Shown one piece after another: positions 48,686 to 60,600 of a DNA stretch of 64,000 nt. Where the stretch lies: the NCBI RefSeq assembly GCF_963921235.1, contig NC_086097.1, positions 163,434,001-163,498,000 of the forward strand. Direction: 5' to 3'. The first letter of the stretch is position 1. Each line of letters starts with the position of its first letter. The notes beneath the pieces are model-generated. The model saw only the letters and a list, made by a program, of their open reading frames with translations, did no database searches and had not been told where the DNA came from. A program made the position numbers and the translations under genes. Origin of the DNA: Mobula hypostoma (lineage: Eukaryota).

Positions 48686-50562
48686 AACAAAGAAAGTCAT
48701 TAGGAAGGAAAAGATGAATTATGAAATGAAGCTGGTGACTAACACTGAAGAAGATACTAAAAACTTTTTAAGTACTGTATATAAAGGATAAAAGAGAGTT
48801 GAGGGTAGATATAGGACCAATAGAAAATGACACCAGAGATATTGTAATGAGAGATGCAGAGATGGCGGAGGATCTGAATGCGTATTTTGTATCAGTCTTC
48901 ACAGTGGAAGACATCTGCAGAATACTGGACATTCAAGATTGTCAGGGAAGTGAAGTATGTGCAGTGAAAATTAGGACTGAGAAGGTGCTTAGGAAGCTTA
49001 ATGGTCTGAGGGTGGGTAAATCTCCTGGACCCTTGGGTTCTGAAGGAAGTAGCTGGGGAGATCGCAGAGGCATTAATGATGATCTTTCAAGAATCGATAG
49101 ATTCTAGCGTTGTACGGGATGACTGGAAAATTGTAAATGTTACTCCGCTATTTAAGAAGGGTAGGAGGCAGTAGAAAGGAAACTATAGCCTTGTTAGCTT
49201 GACATCAGTGGTTGGAAAGTTGTTGGAATTGATTGTTAGGGATGAGATTATGGATTACCTGGAGATAGGCAAGATAGGCCAAAGCCAGCATGGTTTCTTG
49301 AAAGGGAGATCCTGCCTGACTAACCGACTGCAATTTTTTGAGGAAATTACAGGCAGGTTAGACAAAGGAGATGCAGTAGATGTGGTGTACTTGGAATTTC
49401 AGAAGGCCTTTAACAAAGTGCTGCACATGAGGTTGCTTAACAAAATAAGATCCCATGGAATTACAGGGAGTTACTAGCATGGGTGGAGCATTGGCTGACC
49501 GGCAGAAAACAGTGGGAATAAAGGAATTCTATTCTGGCTGGCTGCCAGTTACCACTGGAGTTCCACAGGGGTTGGTGTTGGGACCGCTGCTTTTTATGAT
49601 ACATGTCAATGATTTGGACTATGGGATTAATGGATTTATGGTAAATTTGCCAATGATACAAAGATAGGTGGAGGAGCCGGTAGTGTTGAGGAAACAGAGA
49701 GCCTGCAGAGAGACCTAGATAATTTAGGGGGATGGGCAAAGAAGTGGCAAATGAAATACAATGTTGGAAAGTGTATGGTCATGCCCTTTGGCGGAAGTAA
49801 ATAAACGGGCAGACTATATTTAGATGGAGAGAGAATTCAAAATGCAGAGATGCAAAGGGAATTGGGAGTCCTTGTGCAGGATACCTGAAAGGCTAACCTT
49901 CAGCTTGAGTCTATGATGAAGAAGGCGAATGCAATGGTTCTAGAGGTATGGAATATAAGAGCAGGGATGTGATGTTGAGGCTCTATAAGGTACTTGTGAG
50001 ATTACACTTGGAGTATTGTGTGCAGTTTTGGGCTCCTTATTTTAGAAAGGATATACTGATATTGGAGAGGGTTCAGAGAAGATTCACAAGAATGATTCCA
50101 GGAATGAAAGGTTTACCGTATGAGGAACATCTGGCAGCTCTTGGGCTGTATTCCCTGGAGTTCAGGAGAATGAGGGGGGATCTCAGAAACATTCCGAATG
50201 TTAAAAGGCCTGAACAGATTAGATATGGCAAAGTTATTTCCCATGGTAGGGGATTCTTGAACAAGAGGGCACGACTTCAAGATTAAAGGAAGTCCTTTTA
50301 GAATTGAGATGCAGAGAAATTACTTTAGTTAGAGGGTGGTAAATCTGTGGAATTTGTTGCCATGAGTGGCTGTGGAGGCCAAGTCATTGGGTGTATTTAA
50401 GGCAGAGATAGATAGGTTCTTGATTAGCCAGGGCATCAAAGGGTATGGGGTGAAAGGAGAGTGGGGATGACTGGAAGAATTGAATCAGCCCATGATTGAA
50501 CGGTGGAGCAGACTTGATGGGCTGAATGCCCTATTTCTGTTCCTATATCTTATGGTCTTATG
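48686..50562 (+). mobile_element. CR1 ORF2 3' two-thirds plus 3' UTR
   Basis: QHGFLKGRSCLTN...[40 protein letters not shown]; (tcttatgg) tail. Confidence 0.95.
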
Positions 50563-51030
50563 ATATTTTGGGCCTAGGATAGATGCTTACAGATGTTACC
50601 ACCCAGGAACTAGAAATTGCTCACTTTCACTTTTGGATCCCTCAATGACGACTAGCGTGTGCTCCCTTGTTTTACCCTCTCTGAAGTCCACAATTAATTC
50701 TTTGGTCTTACTGATGTTGAGTGCAACTAGCTGATGTATTTCACTCCCATAAGCCTTCTTGGCACCATCTGAAATTATGCCAACCAGAGTTGTGTCATTA
50801 GCAAATTTATAGATGGTATTTGAGCTGTGCCTAGCCACACAGTCGTGGGGGTAGAGAGAGTAAAGCAGTGGGCTAAGCACACAGCCTTGAGTTGCGCCAA
50901 TGTTGTTTATCAGTGAGGTGGAGATGTTACTTCAGATCTGCAAAGACTGGTTTTCCAGTGAGGAAGTTAAGGATTCAGTTGCAGATGGAGATACAGAGGC
51001 CCAGGTTTTGGAGCTTTTTGTACAGAACTA
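50563..51030 (-). mobile_element. Rex1/Babar RT fragment
   Basis: LSPLLYSLYPHDCVARHSSNTIYKFANDTTLVGII...LNISKTKELIVDFR. Confidence 0.9.
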
Positions 51031-53499
51031 TGTGTTACTGTACCCTCTTGCCCAATGATAGCAGCGAGAAGAGGGCATAATCCGGATGATAGGCATTGTT
51101 GAGAATAGATGCTTGGAGTAGTGCATTATGTAGATACTGTCAGTAGTGGGGCGGGTTATGCTGTAGCAGATTCTATCTTGTCTTCAAATCCAGTTTTCTG
51201 TCTATTCCCCACAACAGCTGATTCTCCTGTAGTTCACAAATCTGTCTCACCCTTGGATATACTGAGTGACTCAACGTCCACTGCTATAGAATTCCAAAGT
51301 TCAGGAACCTCTATGACAAGATAATCCCCCTGTTCTCTATGCCCCTCTTTATAGACACATCAAACCCACCAAGGGAAAATCTATTATCAGCATCTCAGAG
51401 ATTGAGACAGTCTCGCATAGGGATGGGATGTTAATTAGTTTCCTGTAAGAACTCAGAGTCAACAATAACAAATTATTACTGTAGATTCCCCCCTAATTAG
51501 CTTCAATAGAGAAAAAAAGGTAAAAGTAACATGGGTGCTGATTCACTCTCAGCAATTTTTGCGAAGGAACTGAATGCTAGTTTAACCATTGCTGGTAGAA
51601 TTTAAAGTTCCCTCACACCATTGACTTCGAACCAGTGTGTTGCAGATCAGTGTAGGATGAACATAAATACCACAATATGACACACTGAGCAGGAATTATT
51701 GACTTATAGAGGTTAAGGGAAAAATCCTGGGAGTCGTTAGAAAGTGATAATCTAATTGAGGGACTCCAAATATAACACAAATTATGAGGGCAAAACTCAG
51801 GAGACTTATAATCACCAAATGAACCCTGAGGTTATATTTGCAGCTTAGAGGTACTTCTGGAATTTGTTGTGTATGAAATATATGGTTTCAATTTCATCCA
51901 GCCTTATTGTTTTTTGTTGGTCATATCTGTAGGTGTATGTGTTGTGGTGCTCTTGACATTGCTGATGCCTGCCAGGTTGCAAAAGGACACATACTAAGAT
52001 ATTAATACTAAACTATTTTCTAAACCAGAAGAAAATCTGAGGTTGATAGATTCTTGATTAGTAAGGATGTCGAAGTTACCTGGAGAAAGCAAGAAAATGG
52101 GGTTGAGTGGGATAATAAGTCAGTCATGATGGAATGGTGGAGCAGACTTGGTGGGCCAGTTGATGTAATTCTATTCCTATGTTTTATGATCTTTAAAACA
52201 GTAGTGAAATTTTTGCAAACTAATAGGGTGGATGTGTATGAACGAGGTGCTGAAAAACAAAATTAGGCAGGACAGTTCCTTTATGACAAGCACAAAAGGG
52301 GACTGGCATTCTTCAGTGTTATAATTGTTCCATGATTCAGTGATATAGAAATTTCATGATGCTGCAGTTTCAGCTGGGAAGGGGAGATGCTTCCTCAAGG
52401 CCATGTCTCTAATTTAGGGAACTAATCTCATGTACCTAAATAGATGAGGGTTGGGAGAGTAGAGGGGTCTCCATTAAATTCCAAAAACAATTGGACTGGG
52501 TTAGCATTTTCATTAGGAATCACAGGGTGTGGATTACTTCTAGAATCCATCATTAAACTGGGAGTCAGCTTCGTAGACAAAATAGAGTGACAAGGAGTAA
52601 GACACCCCCAGACTCTGCACTCAGCAGAAATAATCTCTGTCAACCCATCAGCTCCACACAATATCTTGAAAGCTTCAATCAATCTTCTTAGTCTTCTAAA
52701 TTCAGGGGAATTCACCCTTAGTTTGTGCAATTGACTTTTGCGATTCCCCCATTGTAGATCAATAGATTCTTCGACAGGACAAATACTGCTCCAGGTCTGG
52801 TCTTGGTAAACCTGACCTCAACCTCTGTTAACTTCTGATTTTAGGAATTCAGAAATCAAGGCTGCAGCATTGCTTTTGACTAAGAGTATACTGAATTACT
52901 TTCTGTACCTCTGATATTTCAATAATCCTTTTGCATGAATTGTTCGATTATGCAATAATAAACTTCTTATGAGGTTTCAGCTTCTAAGAGACACTCATCA
53001 TAATCCTTTTTCGGTCAAAGTGAGACCTCACCTGTGCCTATATTGAATTCAAGTTGTCATTGCTTTGTTCATTTGTTTATCCACTAATATCACTTTGTGA
53101 TTTTATGTTTTTATCAATGGAACCAAAACAGGCAATTTGCACACAACCAGGTCCCACGATGTACAATGTAAGTTTGATAGCGGGTGGTCACATGATACAT
53201 AATTAAATTTATATAGGGCCCAGGTAATCTGTTGGATTGGTTATCCGATTTTTAATTTTACTTTAAACTGTTCATAAAAGGAAATAACTTGCTTTACATG
53301 ACAGTGTAGCTCCTGTCATGTGCCTTAGAACATAGAATAGTACAGCACAGTACAGGCCCTTCAGCCCACATTGTTGTGCCGACCTTTAAGTAGAATGTCT
53401 CTTTCTGAATGCTCCAAAATGCTTTAAAATGAACTGTAGTCACTGTTATTAAATAGAAACACAACAACAAACATCTGTGCAGCCAGCTCTTCCAACATC

Positions 53500-53810
53500 A
53501 TGGAGTCACAGAGAGAAATAGCATGAGAACAGGCACTTCAGACCAATGAGTCTGTGCCGACCATCACATATCCAACTACATTAATCCCCTATTCTCCGTA
53601 CCCTTTCATCATTCTGCCACTCGAGAACAATTTACAGTTGCCAATTAACTGACCAACCCAGTGTGCCTTGTTGGATAAGGGAGGAAACAGGAGTGCCTAG
53701 AGAAACCCATGCAGTGGCAGAGAAAATGTGCATACTCCACAACCAATGCACATAAGGTCAGGATTGAACCTGGGATTCTGGCACTGTGAGGCAGCAGCTC
53801 CATTGTGCTC
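53500..53810 (-). mobile_element. V-SINE with CR1-type tail
   Basis: gggaggaaacaggagtgcctagagaaacccatgcag, caggattgaacctggg, gctgtgaggcagcagct-like head; related remnants at 46370-46540 and 57440-57640. Confidence 0.75.
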
Positions 53811-54819
53811 CTCCTTAGGTTACTCCCAAGAGATTTCTCTTCCAACAGAGCCCATGGTGCAGAAATACTAATCCTTTCTTCCTTGGCCTTTCTCTTTGTC
53901 TCCTTCACCTTGGTTTCTTCATACCCTCTTGATTTTGAGAAGTTGGTGATCCCAGCTCATTCTCTCCTGATCTCCTGTCATGGACATTTCCTTTGTTTTC
54001 CCTTGCCTCTCCCTTCTCTCTGCAATATCAAAATTGAAAGCACAACATCTTCAAGGGCCCTCATCATCCAGCATGCTCTCTTCTCGCTGCCACCACTGGG
54101 AAGGAAGTACAGGAGTGTTAGGTTCAGAACAGTAATTAACTTTCAACCATCTGGCTACTAAGCCTTTATGGATAACTTCAATCACTTCAGCTCTGAACTG
54201 ATACAACAATGTCTGGACTCACTTTTAAAGCTCTACAATTTATCTTCTCAGTATTATTTATTACTATTATTACTTTTTGTATTTACACAATCTGTCTTTT
54301 GCACATTGGTTATTTGTCAGTCTTTGTATATAGTTCTTAATCGATTTTAGTGTATTTGTTCTACTGTAGATGCCTGAAAGAAAATGAATCTCAAGGTAGT
54401 ATGTGGTGACATGTACTGTATGTACTTTGATAATAAATTTACTTTGAATTTCTCTCTGTTCTGTTGAAAGGTTATCATTCCAAAATATTAATTCTGCTTC
54501 TGCATAGATCCTGCTTGATTTACTGTGTATTTCAAACATGATGTTTCCATATTACATATTTAATCATGTTGAATAAGGGAAAATTTACTATTCAGAACAC
54601 CAGAGCTAACTCACTCTTAAAAAATCATCTTTTAAGTATTCATCTGAAAGAGCAGTATGTTTTTAACAATATTCTTTCCATTGAAGAAGCCCCAATGAAA
54701 CGATTATCAAAGCCAAATCGAGTGTATTATCATATGCACAAGTACTTATTTGAAGCAGCATCCCAGATGGTACTGCTGTCGTCCAGTTGCACTTATATTC
54801 ACTGTGATGAAGTGCCTTA

Positions 54820-56225
54820 GAGGCTGGTGATGAAACATGTGAACTCCTGCCTGAGGAGTGACTTGGATCCGCTCCAGTTTGCCTACTGTCACAATTGGTC
54901 AACACCAGGTGCCATTTGATTAGCTCTTCACTCAACCCTGGAAAATCTGGGCAGTGAAGTTACATACATCAGGATGCTCTTAATTGATTACAGCTCTGTA
55001 TTCAACATTATCTTCCCCTCAAAACCAATCAATAAGCTCCTTTACCTAGCCTTGAACATGGTCCTTGTGCAACTGGATCCTCGATTTCCTCACTTGCAGA
55101 CCCCAGTCAGTTCGGACTGGCAACAACCTCTCCACTGCAAATACCATCAGCACAGATGCACCACAAGGCTGTGCGCTTAGCCCCCTGCTCTGCTTGCTTT
55201 ATGCCTACGAGTGTGAGGCTAAGCACAGCTCCAAATGATATATTTAAGTTTGCTATTGACACCAGGGTTGTTGGCTAAATCAAAGGTGGTGACAACTCAG
55301 CATATAGAAGGAGACTGAAAATCTGATTGAATGGTGTCCCAGCAACGGCTTCTCAGTCAATGTCAGCAAAATCAATGAGCTGAGTATTGGCTACAAGAGG
55401 CAGAAATCGGAGGTCCATGAGCCAGTCCTCATCAGGAGATCTGAGGTGAGAGGGTCAACAGCTTCAAATTCCTTGGCCTTATTCTTTCAGGAGGTCAGTT
55501 CTTGGTCCAGCACATAAGTGCCATTACAAGTAAGGTTGTAGAGGCAAGGGTTGCCTCTTTCTTAGAAGTTTGCAAAAATTTGCATGTCATGTGAAACTTT
55601 GACAAACTTCTATAGATGGGCAGTGGAGGGAATACTGACTGGCTGCATTACGGCCTGGTGTGGAAACACCAATGCTTTTGAACAGAAAGCCCTACAAAAA
55701 GTAATGGATGCATTTTAGCCCATTAGTTAAATCCCATCCCACCACTGAGCACAGCTACAAGGAGTGCTATTGTAGGAAAACTACATCCATTATGAAGGAC
55801 CCCCACCATCCAGGCCGTGTTGTCTTCTCCCTGCCACCACCAGGAAGGAGACTAAGGAGCCTTAAGTCCAACACCACCAGGTTCAGAAAAAGTTATTACC
55901 CCTCAGTCACCAGTCTCTTGAACCAGAGGAGATAACTTCACTCACCTCAACGCTAATTTGATTGCACAACCTATGGACTCTCTTTCAAGGGCTCTGCAAC
56001 TCGTGTTCTCAATATTTATTACTTATTTATTATTATTATCATGTTTTTTTCTATTTTATATTTGGCATCTTTTGCACATCAGTTGCTTGTCTATCTTTGT
56101 TGCGTGCTGATTTTCATTAATTGTATTGTGTTTCTTTATGTTTACTGTGAATGCCGGTAAGAAAATGAATATCAAGGTTATATATGGTGATGTATGTGTA
56201 CTTCGATAATAAATTTACTTTGAAC
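54820..56225 (+). mobile_element. Rex1/Babar LINE, RT to 3' end
   Basis: LDPLQFAY, MLLIDYSSVFNIIFPSKPINKL, KDPHHPG; aataaatttactttga tail. A shorter copy lies at 54040-54450. Confidence 0.92.
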
Positions 56226-58029
56226 AATGCTGCCCACCTTCAGTACTGCCAGCTTAGGGTTTACATTCAAATGCACAGAATAGGATTTGAACCTTTAACT
56301 CTCTGATTCAATGCTAAGAGTGCCACTCACTGAGGCTCAGTGGACTCTCTTAGCAAAAAAAAATGTTAGCAAATGCACAGATATTATCACTATGGAAAGA
56401 CCTGATGTTGCCATTTGGAGCTCTGCCACTCTTGTTTGGCTTGAGTTCCCTCGTGTACAGCAGCACAGTATAACTTGAGTCTGCCAGCTTTTTAAAGTGA
56501 TTTCTGATTTCCAGTCGCAATAATTGTGCCCCTGTGGATCCATAACTGTCAAGGATAAATATGTTTTGGAAAGTGCTGCCATGCAACAGCTTTTAAAATC
56601 TGATTTCATTAATTAGATGGCTAATTAATGCAAATGGGAAAAATCATTAAATGGAGAGTAAAATATTTGGGGTTTATTAATCTAGCTGCAAAAGCTGAAT
56701 TTGATAAACTAATTCTTGGCAAATCAATGTATTGCAGCAAAATGGGAGAGCAGTTAATTAAATGAAATTGATAATAAAATGTAAACACAGTTGAATAAAC
56801 TTCATTATAGTTAAAATACACATCATTATTTATAAGCACAACACATTTATCTGAATAACTATTCTGTTGGGGAATCGAGTCACAGTAAAAAAATCGTTAC
56901 TTAGTCAATAAAGATTATAATTGTTTCTGTAAATACATGGAAAAGCATGCAAAACTTGTATCATTTAAATGTTCCACCAGTCGCTTTAGTCCATGAGCAG
57001 TAACATGATTATGGCCAATGCTATGGCTTTAGTTTCCAGCCTCTTTTGAGCCTGATGAGGCAAGCAGAGAACTGCCGGGGAGCAGCGATGGCTGTGATTT
57101 CTCTCTCTTCCACTTTATGCAATCAAACAAGCTAGTTGTGAGTCTTTATCACACCTGGCATGGACAACAGTGAACCAGGCATTAAACCACACCCTACAAG
57201 AGTCTCATTAACAGGTTCATGTAGTAATGCTCAGGAAGTATACTTAACAATTGATCAAATGTCATTTTCCATTCAAATGTACTGATGCCCTGTTAGTAAT
57301 GCTAAAGGTTCTAGATTCGTTGGACTGATTTGAGGGTGCATGTGCTGTTACGTGAGATGGGTTTGAGGAAAAGTGGCCTGTGTTGCCTGGAGTTCGGAAG
57401 AATGGGAGGCAGGATCTTGAGAGCGACTTATAGAGTTTATTTTAATATTTAGATAGACAGCAGGGTGACGGGCTTTTCCGGCCCAGTGAGCTGCACTATT
57501 CAATTAACCTTCTAACCCATATGTCTTTGGAATGTGGGAGGAAAGTCACAGAAACGGCATACAAATTCCGACAGACAGCAGTGGAACAGAACCTTGGTCA
57601 CTGCCACTGTAATAGCACTATACTAACGGTTACGATACTAATTCTGTTTCATTTGAAGCCCTCCTCTGCTATTTTATCTTATTACATATTGAACAACGAA
57701 GCATATCCAATATATACACTGGGAAGAGAAAAATTTGCATCTGTTCAGTGCCTTTTATTTCTAAAGCTTTTCACGACCAATAAAATAAAGCTGAAATCTA
57801 GTCACTACTGTAATTCTCTTCCATACATAATTTGTCGCTGTATAACATTTTATTGTTTAAAAAACCGGAGTCATAATCACACAAAAATTCTAAATGAGAA
57901 TATCAATGGGTTGGCAATGATAAAATGCTGCAGATGATTGAAATCTGAAATAAAAACAGAAAATGCTGGAAATACTCATCAGATCAGGCAATATCAATCA
58001 CAATGTTTCAGATCAGCGAACGTTGGTAG

Positions 58030-58545
58030 AAGGTTGTTTTAGTGATTGGTTGCCTGTGACGAGTACAGTTCCTCAGAGGTTGGTGCTGAGACTATTTTCT
58101 GTTTGTAATAAACATGGATGATTTAGATGTGGATGTAGAAGGCATGATCAATAAGTTTATTAATGACAGGAAGATTGGTGGAGTCTTGCTTCGTTTGGAG
58201 GGTAGCCTTAGGTGACATTGGCATATTGATGAAATGGGCTGAGAAATGGCAAATGAAGTCCAATGCAGGTAAATTGAGGTGATGCATTTTGGGAGTGCTA
58301 ATGATGCAAGGAGATACACTATAAATGACAGGGGCAGGGAGCAACCTTGAAGTACAAGTCCAGAGATCCTTGAAGGTGGCAGCACAACATAGTTAGGAAG
58401 GCATAAGGCATATGGTCTTTATTATTTGGGGATTTAATACAAAAGTACTTTTTATGCAAGCCTTATGTTCTGGCCCTATAAACTTCATTTATGCCTATAA
58501 ATGGAGTACTGCACCTAGTTTTGAACCGCACTCTAGGAAATACAA
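58030..58545 (+). mobile_element. Old CR1 RT fragment
   Basis: gatgatttagatg, tgggctgagaaatggcaaatgaagt and ggagtactgcac motifs. Confidence 0.75.
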
Positions 58546-59459
58546 ACACATAATATTTGAATTTTATTTGAAAACATATTTAACAAGTATATTAATAATA
58601 ATAACATTTATTCTACTAAAGAGAAAAATAACCTAGCTTCTTCATCCTTTTAATGAAGGTCCATACACCATTTAAATAAATGGGATGATATTTAATGTGA
58701 TTGGTGTACAGCTGAAAGGCCAGTTGACAACTTTAACCATCTCAGCTCAGAATGCTGTGATCTACAACTGATCCAAGAAGAGGGCAGGAGGCACCATATA
58801 CTGACTTCCAGTGTGCCCTGTATTAACACTCTACAATGTGGAGGGAAAGAGTTCTGGAATGTACAGAAGCTCACGTTGTCACTAGCTTCCCATCTGGCAC
58901 AATATCTTTAAGTGGCAAAGTGGGAATTTACTGCACTTCCATTATACCAGCCTCCAGATCTCTCTGGTTGATGTTGCAGGCTGCAGAAAGCACTAGAGCA
59001 TTTTAGAGGTGAATTTTTTTCATTACTGCGTTTGTTTCATTGGGAATAATGAGCGTGAAGTGGAGTGTGAACAAAGGTCAATACCAATAATTATTAAGGG
59101 AGATCTTAATAACTTTATTATAATGCAGGCTTCAGTTTGAGAATAGTACTCCTTTTGGAGAATGTTTTGCAGCTAACTGGTCCCTTTGTGTAGTTGCTGG
59201 CAATCTGATTTCTTCATGTAGTCACTGGTTCAGACTTAGGCACTATTGTGGAAAGGTTATCAGTGGTGCCAGTTCTGTTTGATGATAATTGCATCATTGA
59301 AGTCTGTACTGAACTAACAAGTAATTTGCCTTTATTTTGCTGTGGTTCCCCATTCTCTGCTGAATTAATGAACTATTTTCAAGAGTGGTCACAGTGAAAC
59401 AAGTTTATTTTATCCACAAAATGGATGCTTTTTAAATCTCAGATTTACACAAAAAGTTG

Positions 59460-60600
59460 GCGCAGAAGTAGGTCCCCTGGCTCCATCGAGTTTGCTGTAC
59501 TAGTCATCTAGACCATGACTAACCTGCGACCTCAGCACCATCCCCATATCCCTTGGTTCCTTCAGTGTTCAATTTGTGCTTTGGATGAACATAACATCTA
59601 TCAATGTTTTGAATGAGGGGTGCCTTAGGGCACGACACAGCAACATAGGGACAGTATGGTAGTGCAGCATTTAGCGTCACACTTTACAGCACATGCTGGA
59701 AAATCGCTTGGGGTTCGATTCCCACTGCTGTCTCTAAGGAGTTTGTATGTTCTCCCATGACAGCTTGGGTTTCTTCCCGATGATCCGGTTTCCTCCCACG
59801 TTCTGAAAGACATACAGGTTAGGGTTAGTGAGTTGTGGGCATGCTATATTGATGCGAGAAGTGTGGTAACACTTGTGGGCTGAGCAGCACAATACTTGCT
59901 GATTTGATTTGATGTAAATGATGCATTTCATTGTGTGTTTCGATGTATACTACATGTGTCAAATAAAGCTAATCTTAAAAAAATATATATATCTTCCATA
60001 GCCATCCGGGGGACAGATTTCCAAATGTTCATCAATCACTGAGTGAAGACATCTCAGTCCTAAGCAGCCTCTTTCACAAACTCTGCTCTCTGATGTCAGC
60101 CAAGCATCTAACTTTCTTCCACTGGCCAGTTCACACCCTTTCACAATGTTGTAAGTTTTGCGAACAGTCCCTCTCATTCTTCTAATCTCTAGATGTCACT
60201 GTTCTATTCTACTGATTCTTTCTTGAAACGACAGTCCCTCCACCAATGCAATTTGTCCAATGAATCACTGATGTACTCCCTATATGGCAAGCACATAACT
60301 TTTAGATAAGGAGACCAAAAATTACATACTGTACTCAGCTGCGGTCTCATCAAGTTTCAGTCAAATCCCAGTAAGACTCCCTCTCTCTTGTAATGGAACT
60401 CTTTCATAATAAAAGTGAACATATCATTTGAACTCTCTTGCTGCATGAAAGCCAACATGCAGGTACACCAACCAAGTTGTACCAACACTACCTAATCTAT
60501 CAAGATTTAACATATACTCTACTTTTGTCTTTAGTACACTGAGCAGATGACCTTATATTTTTCTGCATTGTATTCCATTTGCTATATTCTTGCTCACTGA
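59460..60600 (-). mobile_element. Very old CR1 3' fragment, interrupted by a SINE
   Basis: agataaggagaccaaaatt...gtactc, cctctcattcttcta and accatccccatatcc are reverse complements of CR1 motifs. Confidence 0.65.
59645..59975 (+). mobile_element. V-domain SINE
   Basis: ggtagtgcagcattt A-box, ggggttcgattccc B-box, gggtttcttcccgatgatccggtttcctcccac core, aaataaagctaatctt tail. Confidence 0.88.
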
